Shown in pieces: positions 1 to 8,503 of a stretch of 64,000 bases of DNA (position 1 is the stretch's first letter; each line of letters starts with the position of its first letter). Made by a program: the position numbers and the translations under genes. The DNA comes from an uncultured virus (IMG/VR IMGVR_UViG_3300042940_001453) (taxonomy: Duplodnaviria > Heunggongvirae > Uroviricota > Caudoviricetes): positions 62,001 to 126,000 of the IMG/VR virus record IMGVR_UViG_3300042940_001453; one strand, given 5' to 3'. The notes below the pieces were generated by a model. The model did no database searches. It was given only the letters and a program-made list of their open reading frames with translations, and was not told where the DNA came from.

Positions 1-52
1 AATTGTTTTGGATTGTTAACAAATGTTATGTGTTAATAAACTAAAGACGATT

Positions 53-430
53 ATGGATACAAATACAGCACACGTAATATCTCAACAGGTACTAGAATCA
101 ACCGCACAAGATATGACAGGCAAATATGTCTGGATGTTCGTAGCGGGATTAGTAATTCTAATGTTTAAATCAAGCATTGAAAAACTTGCCGCGGCACTGT
201 TTATGTTTATTGGGTCCGATTACAAAGAAGATGATGTTGTATATATTGATGGCAAACCCGGCAGAATTGTTCGTGTGGGACTTACAAAAACTGTATTTTT
301 CATATATGACGTAGTAGATGGTAAGGTTGTAGGCGGAAGTAAATTAGTTATCCAAAATGAAAGACTAGCTGGTCTAAACATAGAAAAACCACTACCTCAA
401 TTGGATTTAAGCCGTTTCAAAAAAGACTAA
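53..430 (+). CDS. Small membrane protein resembling the MscS mechanosensitive-channel TM/middle-beta region
   Basis: Hydrophobic segment (YVWMFVAGLVILMF...LAAALFMFIG) followed by YKEDDVVYIDGKPGRIVRVGLTKT...GSKLVIQNERL, matching the MscS F/YxxGDxVxIxGxxGxVxxIxLxxT...GxxxxIxN pattern. ATG at 53 preferred to the track start at 23. Confidence 0.55.
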   Translation: MDTNTAHVISQQVLESTAQDMTGKYVWMFVAGLVILMFKSSIEKLAAALFMFIGSDYKEDDVVYIDGKPGRIVRVGLTKTVFFIYDVVDGKVVGGSKLVIQNERLAGLNIEKPLPQLDLSRFKKD

Positions 431-445
431 TTTACTAATTAAACT

Positions 446-2221
446 ATGGCTATTAACATTTTTACCCACATCAAACGTGGGTTATACGATAACGTCTACA
501 ACTGTATCGAAAAAGAAAAAGTAGATGTCAATCAAAGAGACGATGATACAGGCAATCCACCATTGGTTGTTGCTGTAGAAGAAAATCAAGTGGAAATCGT
601 AAAACTACTGTTAAATCACGGTGCAGATCCCAACTGTAAAGATTGGACCAGTAAAAATACAGCACTGGATGTAGCTGAACAAAAAGGTTTTAAAAATATC
701 GCAGAAATACTACAACAAAGAGGTGCAAAATACAGTAGCGGTAGTAGTTTCCATTTAGCCGCAAAAAATGGTGATATCGTTTCTATTGAAGAAATGTTAG
801 ACAAGGGATTTGATATCAATGAAGTTGACGCTGGCAAAGGTTGGACCGCACTACATTATGCAGTAAATTACGGACAAAAACACTTGGTTGAATATCTAAT
901 TGTAAGAGGAGCTGATGTTAACAAGAAAGATTTCTTGGGTAAAAATAATCCTATTGACGTACTATCCAATACCAATAGAGGTGACATTGTTAAGTTATTG
1001 AATAAGTACGGTGCTAAATCCGCAGGAGGTGTTAGTATTCATTTCTGCGCAGAAACAGGAGATTTTGAAGGTGTACAATCGTTCTTTGATAAAGATGGTA
1101 AAATCAATGGCAGAGATGAAAAGAATGGATGGATGCCACTACATTATGCCGTTAACGCTAACGATGTTGATATGGTGGAATTTTTGGTACATTTGGGTGC
1201 GAATGTTAACGGTGCAGATTTCAAAGGTGAAATTGCTCCGTTGGATTTGGCATTTAAGACGGGTAATGTAGAAATGCAAACATATCTGCAATCCAAAGGT
1301 GCTCAAAGAAAAAAGAAACACGATATTGGTGGTGGTGGAAAAGATGTAAACATATACATCACAGATGAAGTTAAAAAGCAAATTGCATTGTTTGTTGAAA
1401 AACGTAATCGTGAAGAAGCTGCAATAAAGAAACACGAAGAAGAACAAGCATCAAAAGAACCAAAGAAAAAAGATGCACCAGCTAAGAAAATTAACTGGAA
1501 AGATTTCTTGAAACTTAAAGATATTCCAGTGGTAGAAAAGAAAGAAGAAAAGAAGGTAGAAGTTGTTAAACCCGTCAAACAAGTTGTCAAGAAAGTTGAA
1601 CAAGTTGATGTAGAAGTCAAATCTGGTAGATTGCAATTGGACGTAGAACAAGAAGGTTATATATTCTTTATGGATATTGTTGCTTATAGTAAGAAAACAA
1701 CAGATGAACAAAAGAAGGCTTGTAAAGATTTGGGTGCATTGGTTAAGTCTACAATGCAATACAAAACAGCTAATGCGCTTGAAAAGTTAATTATATTACC
1801 TACTGGTGACGGTATGGTATTGGGATTCTTTACTTATTTGGAAGATGCAATGAATTGTGCAGTTACTATAGCTAAAGCAGTAAAGGATAGACCGGATTTA
1901 CAAATGAGAATGGGTGTACATTGTGGACCTGTAATACCAATGGAAGATATTAATGGCAATCTCAATATCAGTGGTGATGGTATCAACTATGCTCAAAGAG
2001 TAATGGATGCAGGTGAAAGCAATCATTTGTTGGTTAGTTCAGCAGTAATGTTAAAATATGATAGACCACCATATGTATTAGTAAATGACTTGGGGGATGT
2101 GGTTGTAAAACACGGTGTAGTTATGCATTTGTATAGTTTACACGGTAGTGATTTTGGTAACAAATCATTTCCATCTAGTAGAGTAAAGAAAGCAGAACCA
2201 ACAACAAATAAACCAGTATGA
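446..2221 (+). CDS. Ankyrin-repeat protein fused to a C-terminal class III nucleotidyl (adenylate/guanylate-type) cyclase domain
   Basis: About 9 ankyrin repeats (e.g. GWTALHYAVNYGQKHLVEYLIVRGADVN, GWMPLHYAVNANDVDMVEFLVHLGANVN), a Lys/Glu-rich linker, then cyclase motifs FFMDIVAYS, PTGDG, MRMGVHCGPV, GDGINYAQR. Confidence 0.9.
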   Translation: MAINIFTHIKRGLYDNVYNCIEKEKVDVNQRDDDTGNPPLVVAVEENQVEIVKLLLNHGADPNCKDWTSKNTALDVAEQKGFKNIAEILQQRGAKYSSGSSFHLAAKNGDIVSIEEMLDKGFDINEVDAGKGWTALHYAVNYGQKHLVEYLIVRGADVNKKDFLGKNNPIDVLSNTNRGDIVKLLNKYGAKSAGGVSIHFCAETGDFEGVQSFFDKDGKINGRDEKNGWMPLHYAVNANDVDMVEFLVHLGANVNGADFKGEIAPLDLAFKTGNVEMQTYLQSKGAQRKKKHDIGGGGKDVNIYITDEVKKQIALFVEKRNREEAAIKKHEEEQASKEPKKKDAPAKKINWKDFLKLKDIPVVEKKEEKKVEVVKPVKQVVKKVEQVDVEVKSGRLQLDVEQEGYIFFMDIVAYSKKTTDEQKKACKDLGALVKSTMQYKTANALEKLIILPTGDGMVLGFFTYLEDAMNCAVTIAKAVKDRPDLQMRMGVHCGPVIPMEDINGNLNISGDGINYAQRVMDAGESNHLLVSSAVMLKYDRPPYVLVNDLGDVVVKHGVVMHLYSLHGSDFGNKSFPSSRVKKAEPTTNKPV

Positions 2222-2430
2222 GAACAATGCCTTTAGTAAGACAATATCATCCAAGTATTGTTAATACAGACTTGGATGTATACAAAATAAAGGATAGAGT
2301 TATGGCAGCTCCTATAAATAATCACCCTGATCCATTTCAAGTAATAGATAGACTTGGTATCAATAAGATTAATGCTACCAAAATTAGAACTGTAGTATAT
2401 AATTCCAAAGGTCTTTTTTATATAATATAA
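2218..2430 (+). CDS. Hypothetical small protein
   Basis: 70-aa ORF with an ATGA overlap on the cyclase stop codon, suggesting translational coupling. Confidence 0.55.
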   Translation: MRTMPLVRQYHPSIVNTDLDVYKIKDRVMAAPINNHPDPFQVIDRLGINKINATKIRTVVYNSKGLFYII

Positions 2431-2433
2431 ATC

Positions 2434-2461
2434 TTGACAGTTAGAGTTATATGGTTATACT
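2434..2461 (+). promoter_or_regulatory. Sigma70-type early promoter, probably giving a leaderless mom-like mRNA
   Basis: TTGACA (2434-2439), 16-nt spacer, TATACT (2456-2461); ATG follows 6 nt later. Confidence 0.7.
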
Positions 2462-2467
2462 GAAATA

Positions 2468-3241
2468 ATGTCGGAGTATTTTGACCCCACATTAATTTAC
2501 ATCAAAAGCATCAATAAGAATGTTGCAAAAACTCTTATTGAAAAGAATCATTATACACACAAGTGGTCTCTTTGTACTGTAGCTTATGGAGTATACTATA
2601 AAGAATATGTAGAGAGTACATTCTTTGGTGGTTTTAACGAACGATTAATAGGTGTATTAGTATATGGAAACGCCGTGGGTAGAAATGCTAGTACCAGTAT
2701 CTCTTCACTACTTACTAATAACAATGTGTTAGAATTAACACGACTGTGGATTGCAGATGGTTATGGTAAAAATATAGAAAGTTATTGTATAGCTGAAAGC
2801 TTTAGATTATTAAATACTGAATATCCCCACATCAAATGTATTCTCAGTTATGCGGATAGTGAAGCTGGACACGCAGGCACAATCTATCAAGCAACTGGCT
2901 TTCTATATCAAGGCGATAACTATGTAGATATCGCTATAATGCCTAACTATAGTGTTAGTTTAGTTGGTCCTCCTAACTATGATTGGATACACAGCAGAAG
3001 TGTATATTCAAGATGGAAAACACACAGCGTAGATAAACTAAAAGAACGTATTGGTAGAACATTCTGGCGCAAACGAGAAAGTGGTAAACATCGTTATATC
3101 AAGTTTATCAGTAACAAAATAGAAAATAAAAAGTTGACTAAATCTCTTAAACATAAAGTTCTACCTTACCCCAAAGATACTTCGTTCAAAGAAGAAGTAC
3201 AAGAAATCGTTGTAACATCTACCAACGAATTTTTTGAATAA
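2468..3241 (+). CDS. mom: Mom-like (GNAT-fold) DNA adenine modification protein
   Basis: Motifs KNHYTH, LELTRLW, ILSYADSEAGHAGTIYQATGFLYQG and a C-terminal KHRY...LPYPK, typical of Mu Mom-family proteins. Confidence 0.8.
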   Translation: MSEYFDPTLIYIKSINKNVAKTLIEKNHYTHKWSLCTVAYGVYYKEYVESTFFGGFNERLIGVLVYGNAVGRNASTSISSLLTNNNVLELTRLWIADGYGKNIESYCIAESFRLLNTEYPHIKCILSYADSEAGHAGTIYQATGFLYQGDNYVDIAIMPNYSVSLVGPPNYDWIHSRSVYSRWKTHSVDKLKERIGRTFWRKRESGKHRYIKFISNKIENKKLTKSLKHKVLPYPKDTSFKEEVQEIVVTSTNEFFE

Positions 3242-3494
3242 AAATATGAAAGACTATATTACATTAAAGGATGTAAAATCCAGATACAAAGAAGATTTAT
3301 TATTCGTAAAAACAAACCCGAAACTGTTTATTATTAATTTATTTACGCAAAATAAACAATTTAGACATTGGGAATATATGTGGATCAAAGTAATAATTGG
3401 ACTTATAAGATTATACTTTGTAAGTTTTATATGTAGATGTAAATTTTGGATTGTTTGTATTTTAAGTGGACATTTTCCTTGGGAAATAAAATAA
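3234..3494 (+). CDS. Hypothetical protein with hydrophobic C-terminal half
   Basis: 86-aa ORF overlapping the mom-like stop; no recognised motif. Confidence 0.4.
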   Translation: MNKNMKDYITLKDVKSRYKEDLLFVKTNPKLFIINLFTQNKQFRHWEYMWIKVIIGLIRLYFVSFICRCKFWIVCILSGHFPWEIK

Positions 3495-3496
3495 AA

Positions 3497-4240
3497 CTAA
3501 TATTTTCTTTTATGTAATTTGATCGTGGTTAATGATACTCCATACTTCTCACTTAATGCATTGTTAGTAAAACTACCACTCTTTAAATCATCAACAAATT
3601 CATTCTTTCTAAGCGCAAAATTTCTCTTTTGTTCACTAATCTTACGTTTCATTTCATCACTCATAGCACCACGCTTTTTGCCTTTTAATCCATTATCATA
3701 ACTGTAATTAATATTACGATTAGCCAATTTGTCATTTCTCTCCTTGTACTTAAGTGTACCACTGTCAATACCATACTTGTCAACAAACCACTCCAAAGTA
3801 TAACGTCCTACAGCACGATCACGTTGCCTTTCTTTAGCCTCATCACTATGCTTTTTACCGTGCATAGGATTTTTAGCTCCTAGATTAATATCAGATAGTA
3901 ACTGACGAGTTTCTTCTTTATCAGGATTATGTGTAAAATTATCGCCTCCACTTGCGGTTGGGGTAATATTATAACCTATATCACGCATATAGGGTTTAAA
4001 CATATCTAAATAAAATTGTTCTCGTTTAAACAATTCACATTCTATTACATTTTCTAATATAATAAATTCAAAACTGTTTTCCCCGTAAAAATCCCAAGCG
4101 TGTTGTAATTTAGGATTCTTATGTTTATTCTTTTTTAAATCATTTTTATGTTCCCACCAACGACGATCAATATCTTTAGCAGAACCAATATAAAACTTGC
4201 CATTCTTAACATTTGTAATTTTGTATATACCACTTTTCAT
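3497..4240 (-). CDS. Free-standing GIY-YIG homing endonuclease (Seg/I-TevI-like) with NUMOD3-like motif
   Basis: N-terminal SGIYKITNVKNGKFYIGSA...RW..H, REQFYL, GYN; NUMOD3-like NPMHGKKHSDEAK; possible C-terminal HTH. Confidence 0.9.
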   Translation of the reverse strand: MKSGIYKITNVKNGKFYIGSAKDIDRRWWEHKNDLKKNKHKNPKLQHAWDFYGENSFEFIILENVIECELFKREQFYLDMFKPYMRDIGYNITPTASGGDNFTHNPDKEETRQLLSDINLGAKNPMHGKKHSDEAKERQRDRAVGRYTLEWFVDKYGIDSGTLKYKERNDKLANRNINYSYDNGLKGKKRGAMSDEMKRKISEQKRNFALRKNEFVDDLKSGSFTNNALSEKYGVSLTTIKLHKRKY

Positions 4241-4244
4241 ATAA

Positions 4245-4277
4245 TATAAGTATATACAAGTTCTATGGTAATGTCAA
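4245..4277 (-). promoter_or_regulatory. Sigma70-type promoter overlapping a late-type motif, upstream of the GIY-YIG gene
   Basis: Minus strand TTGACA (4277-4272), 17 nt, TATACT (4254-4249); overlapping TACTTATA (4252-4245); ATG at 4240. Confidence 0.7.
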
Positions 4278-4297
4278 TTATTTTTTATTAGTGCAAG

Positions 4298-4326
4298 AAA
4301 AAACCCCAACTTTCGTTGGGGTTTTT
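4298..4326 (-). terminator. Rho-independent terminator after the major capsid gene
   Basis: Minus strand AAAAACCCCAAC-GAAA-GTTGGGGTTTTTT: perfect stem, GNRA loop, U tract. Confidence 0.9.
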
Positions 4327-4350
4327 GAGTTATTTTATTTCTACTAAGTA

Positions 4351-6177
4351 TTATACGGTATCGAGATCGCCGATAATAACTTTTCCATAGAACTCTGGGC
4401 GCACTACCTTCTTAGCGTAGCGGGTCATTACGCCTCTACGTGGAGTGAAGTTCACTGGATCATAGACCAATGGAGTTTGGATTAGTGGGATATATGGAGC
4501 ATATACAGCACCGGTTTCTAGGAAGTTGTTTCCACGGAAACCAACCAATACTACGTTATCGGTCATGTATGGGTTCTTGTAAACTTGGAAGCGAGAAGCA
4601 AAGCTACCAACGCGGCTTACGCCCATTGCGAACTTAGCTTGATCACCATCAGTGTTTACTACATATCCTGGGATTGATTCTAGGATAGTTGCAACGTCTG
4701 GACTTACGACCAAGAAGTTTGCACCACCACGTAGGGTCAATTTTTGGATTGTGTTAGATACCTTTTGGATCTTGTTTCCAAGAGTTTGGAACCAAGTGCT
4801 CTTTACGTAAGCAGTACGGTTTGGTGAACTGTTTGCATTACGTGTGAAGATTGCTTCACCAGTAGTTGCATTCAATCCCTTGCTGAATTCAACACCGATT
4901 TGGGCGGACCAAGCTTCGGTTGTTATGCCTTGAACGGCTTCGTTCAACATGTCTAGGATTTCAAGATCGATTTCCATAGATACATATTCACTCAATAGAG
5001 CAGTAAGTTCTGCTTCTGCGTCGATGGAGTGATATGCGTTCAAGTCTTGAGCCAATTCTGGGGTCCAGACTGCTTTCAACTTACGGGTCTTAGCAACGAT
5101 TGGTTCGCTGTTTAGTACCAAGTTTACTTCTGGGATACTGATATCAGTATCGATGCTTTGTGTAGGAACGTTACCAGCGGTACCGGAACCTTCACCTGGG
5201 GTCTTACCAGCTTCGAAGTCACCACGTAGGTTATCGGTAGGTTGTAGACTATAGATCAACTTAACGTTGCTTGCTGCACCACCGAATGCGCTATTAGAAG
5301 CGGATACGATATATACGGATTGATAGAATGGATTGCTCAAACTACCAGTGTTAATTGCTTTTGAATAGGTGTTCAATACCAAACCATTGCTTCTTAGAGA
5401 AGTTGGTGCAACTGAACCTGAAATCAAGTTGAATGAACGTACTGCGTTCAAGTCAACGTTGTACATATATCCTTGACCAGCAACACCAGTGGTGTTGTCG
5501 TCGTGGTTCAAGATAACCTTGAACAACTTCTTAGCTACGACAGATGCGCTTAATTCAGCAGCAAATTGAACGTCGTTCCAAGAAGCGGTTTGGATGGTGT
5601 TACCAGTTGCGGTTGCAGTTGCACTCTTAGCTAGGGTAATAGCAGAGCTACTTACTGGACGAACTGAATAAGCAAAAGCACCTTGACCGTATAGACCACG
5701 TACTGCGTCATCAGTTGAACCCAACTTCTTACCTGTACCACCAAACAAACTGTCGTTCAATTGCTTACCTGCACGGGTAGTTACGGAACTACCGTTGTTC
5801 AAGTTACGCAAATCACTACCAGGAGCGGTTGTACCATACTTGAAGTCTAGATAGAAAATTAGACCAGATGGTAGATTCATTGGTTGTACGCTGACGAATT
5901 CCTTAGCGGCGATTTCAGCGAATACACGACGTACCAATGGTAGAGCTACACCAGCCCATTGTTCTGAACTGGTAGAGGTACCGGTGGTGGTTGCTTCGTC
6001 AAGCAATTGTTTTGCTTGGTTTTCCAATAGGATTGACATATGTGCTTTTTCAACACCTTGGCAACCTTCTAGGAGGCCTGTCTTTTCCCACTTGGATTGT
6101 AGTCCACGTGTTTCAGCCATCAATTTGGCTTGTGGATTCATATTTCCTGTCAATAGACTTTTTACATCCATACTCAT
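4351..6177 (-). CDS. Major capsid protein (T4 gp23-like)
   Basis: KWEKTGLLEG, LENQ, LPLVRRVF, VSVQPMNLPSGLIFYLDF, AKTRKLKAVWTPELAQDLNAYHSIDAEAEL, YAPYIPL, FTPRRGVMTRY are gp23-family hallmarks. Confidence 0.95.
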   Translation of the reverse strand: MSMDVKSLLTGNMNPQAKLMAETRGLQSKWEKTGLLEGCQGVEKAHMSILLENQAKQLLDEATTTGTSTSSEQWAGVALPLVRRVFAEIAAKEFVSVQPMNLPSGLIFYLDFKYGTTAPGSDLRNLNNGSSVTTRAGKQLNDSLFGGTGKKLGSTDDAVRGLYGQGAFAYSVRPVSSSAITLAKSATATATGNTIQTASWNDVQFAAELSASVVAKKLFKVILNHDDNTTGVAGQGYMYNVDLNAVRSFNLISGSVAPTSLRSNGLVLNTYSKAINTGSLSNPFYQSVYIVSASNSAFGGAASNVKLIYSLQPTDNLRGDFEAGKTPGEGSGTAGNVPTQSIDTDISIPEVNLVLNSEPIVAKTRKLKAVWTPELAQDLNAYHSIDAEAELTALLSEYVSMEIDLEILDMLNEAVQGITTEAWSAQIGVEFSKGLNATTGEAIFTRNANSSPNRTAYVKSTWFQTLGNKIQKVSNTIQKLTLRGGANFLVVSPDVATILESIPGYVVNTDGDQAKFAMGVSRVGSFASRFQVYKNPYMTDNVVLVGFRGNNFLETGAVYAPYIPLIQTPLVYDPVNFTPRRGVMTRYAKKVVRPEFYGKVIIGDLDTV

Positions 6178-6229
6178 ATTTTTGTTTCTTTCTATATTAA
6201 TTACTGTTAGGTTTTTACTCGCAAACTAA

Positions 6230-7306
6230 TTACTTCTTGATTCCTGCGAGTTTTTGGAATCTTGAAGCCATTACTTCAGCTTGAGGTTCTACAATGGTAG
6301 AATCAGGCTTTGTACTGGATACTGGTTTGCTTGCCAAACCTTCGGTGATAGTTTGAGCAGTTGTATTGGTCTTTTTCTTGACAACTGATGCACCGGAATT
6401 AAGTGATTCGGCTAAAACTGTATATGCCAACTTGACTTCACGAATATTCTTGGTCAAGTCGAAAGTGTTGATGATCTTCAACTTTTGATCTTCGGTAAGA
6501 GCTTTACCTTTGAACAATTTGTTGGTGTAGAGCAACTTAGCATTCAATAGATTTGTTTCAGATAGAACACTCTTCAAATACTTTACAGTCTTGATGTGTT
6601 CGCTCAATTGAGACTTTAGTTGTTCGTTTTCTTCGTTGATAGCTACTAGAGCTTCTGCCATTTCTTCAGCGGATACTTCTTCTGAGTATTCACCTTCTGA
6701 AGGAGATGGAACTTGAGCTGGGGCTGGAGCTGGTACTTCAGCAGCTGGAGCGGCTGGAGCAACAGGAGCTTCTGGAGCTGGAGCAGGTGCTGGTGCAGCT
6801 GCTGGATCTTCGCCTTCTAGTTCTGCTAGAAGTTCGTCTAGATTAATTTCTTCTTCCATTGAATCATCAGATTCACCGGCATCGTCGGAATCTCCTTCGG
6901 ATACTACTTCACCTTCTAGTTCTGCTAGAATTTCGTCTAGTTCTTCACTAGTTACTTCAGCACCTTCTTCAACGGCAGCTTCTTCTTCAAGCTTTACGTC
7001 GAATTCTTGCTTACCTGCTGGAGTTGTGTTTTTATTTGAAGCTGGTGATGGTTTGGTTGGGTGTTGTTTTGTAGCAACATTGCTGTCATCCTTACCAATG
7101 TTAGAAGATGCAAGTTTTTCTTCAATCTTGCCTTCTTCACCTTCTGGTGCTTCGGTTTCTTCTGCCATTTCTTCCTTGAGTTTATCTGCAAACATTTCTT
7201 TCATACTGTTTGCAAAACTTTCTTCGAGGAAGGTCTTTGCATTTGCCAATGCTGTTTCACGTACAGCCTTTGCATCCGCAATGCTTTCTTTTAATAGATC
7301 GCTCAT
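6230..7306 (-). CDS. Prohead scaffolding/core protein
   Basis: Acidic coiled-coil protein directly upstream of the MCP, with an Ala/Pro linker and C-terminal RFQKLAGI. Start at 7306 (MSDLLKE) follows an AGAAAGG RBS; the track's longer start is unlikely. Confidence 0.8.
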   Translation of the reverse strand: MSDLLKESIADAKAVRETALANAKTFLEESFANSMKEMFADKLKEEMAEETEAPEGEEGKIEEKLASSNIGKDDSNVATKQHPTKPSPASNKNTTPAGKQEFDVKLEEEAAVEEGAEVTSEELDEILAELEGEVVSEGDSDDAGESDDSMEEEINLDELLAELEGEDPAAAPAPAPAPEAPVAPAAPAAEVPAPAPAQVPSPSEGEYSEEVSAEEMAEALVAINEENEQLKSQLSEHIKTVKYLKSVLSETNLLNAKLLYTNKLFKGKALTEDQKLKIINTFDLTKNIREVKLAYTVLAESLNSGASVVKKKTNTTAQTITEGLASKPVSSTKPDSTIVEPQAEVMASRFQKLAGIKK

Positions 7307-7407
7307 AATTATATTTCTGCCTTTCTTATTGTTATTTGTTGGTGAAGCTATTGAAGAACTCCAAAGAAGATAAATGTATGTGACATCAAAGAATGATGTA
7401 TTTGAAT

Positions 7408-7456
7408 AATAAATATAATTTAAAATTGAAACAAATGAAAATATTTTATATTTATT
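7408..7456. promoter_or_regulatory. Back-to-back divergent late-type promoter motifs
   Basis: TATTTATT on the minus strand (7415-7408) toward scaffold/MCP and TATTTATT on the plus strand (7449-7456), 5 nt before the ATG at 7462. Confidence 0.6.
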
Positions 7457-7461
7457 GATAT

Positions 7462-8055
7462 ATGCCTGCAAAAAGCGAAAAACAAGCCAGACTATTTAGA
7501 TTGGTAAGAGCACTACAAAAAGGTGGAATCAAATCAAAAGAAGTTTCACCACAAGTTCGTAAGATGGCACGTACCATCAAACCAAGTAGTGTAAAACACT
7601 TTGTTAAATTGAAAGAAATATTGAAAAGTCTTAATGAAGCAGAATATTCATTAAGTGATTTTGATATCATTAAAGGCAAATCATTTAACCAAGTGCTAAA
7701 AGAAAATGAAGGTATTGCGTTTACTAAAAAAGAAATGTTAACTTTTCAAAGTAAACAAGCGGGATTTAGTGGATTTGGAAAAACAAATTTTATTCCTAAC
7801 CCACCAGAAAATACAAAAATAGAAACTGAAATATTTAGTAATGGTAGTACCAAGAAATATGTGTTTAAAAAGCTCATAGATCAAAAAAATGAAAATTTAA
7901 TTGTATATGCTTGTTTTATTCAAAGATCTTATCCTGATAAACCAGACAAAGAAATATTCAGTATGTTAAGTACTGCTTTGGATAAGAATAAAGATTCTGA
8001 ACAAACAAAAACCCTATCTGACTTTATAGATAGAATTAACTCTTATGGCCTATAA
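7462..8055 (+). CDS. Hypothetical protein, possibly head-associated
   Basis: 197-aa ORF with basic N-terminus MPAKSEKQARLF, internal LKEILKSLNE segment and a late-type motif upstream. Confidence 0.7.
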   Translation: MPAKSEKQARLFRLVRALQKGGIKSKEVSPQVRKMARTIKPSSVKHFVKLKEILKSLNEAEYSLSDFDIIKGKSFNQVLKENEGIAFTKKEMLTFQSKQAGFSGFGKTNFIPNPPENTKIETEIFSNGSTKKYVFKKLIDQKNENLIVYACFIQRSYPDKPDKEIFSMLSTALDKNKDSEQTKTLSDFIDRINSYGL

Positions 8056-8503
8056 TTTCAATCCAAATCTAGCTAAACATATGAATTCCACAAAAGACAA
8101 TTATAAGTTTATAAAAAGAACTGGGGACGAAACTCCATATTCCAACCCAGATGTGCGTTCTATGAATAATAGCTACAACAATTATAAGTCTCCAAAATTA
8201 ATTAACTTTATAAACAATGATAATTTTGAAGAAGAAAAAATGTTTAAGTTAGAAGATATAGATAATCCAAACGGATGGGATTTTACGGAAATTGATATAT
8301 TGGGTGAAATGAATTTTCGTATAGATGATGAATACAGAATGTTTTCTGAAATAGAAGTTCCATCTTTAGATATGGTCAACGAGAAAAGAAAAACCTTCGT
8401 CTATAAAACAGACGAAGGTTATGTGATAGAAGCAAATAGAAGATACGTTTTTGAATCGTTCGATAAAATGTTGGAATTTATTGATTCGATACCGATGAGT
8501 TAA
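8045..8503 (+). CDS. Hypothetical protein
   Basis: 152-aa ORF overlapping the previous gene's end; its 3' end overlaps the convergent minus-strand gene. Confidence 0.65.
   Translation: MAYNFNPNLAKHMNSTKDNYKFIKRTGDETPYSNPDVRSMNNSYNNYKSPKLINFINNDNFEEEKMFKLEDIDNPNGWDFTEIDILGEMNFRIDDEYRMFSEIEVPSLDMVNEKRKTFVYKTDEGYVIEANRRYVFESFDKMLEFIDSIPMS

Noticed and set aside
3497..4350. Group I intron around the GIY-YIG gene
   Set aside because: The MCP ends intact with its own terminator, the flanks are too short for an intron core, and no gene appears split.
7307..7471. Track's extended N-termini for scaffold (7471), protease (9587), flavoprotein (17432) and 18218 gene
   Set aside because: The extensions overlap neighbouring genes or promoters; internal ATGs fit the RBS, promoter or leader patterns better.
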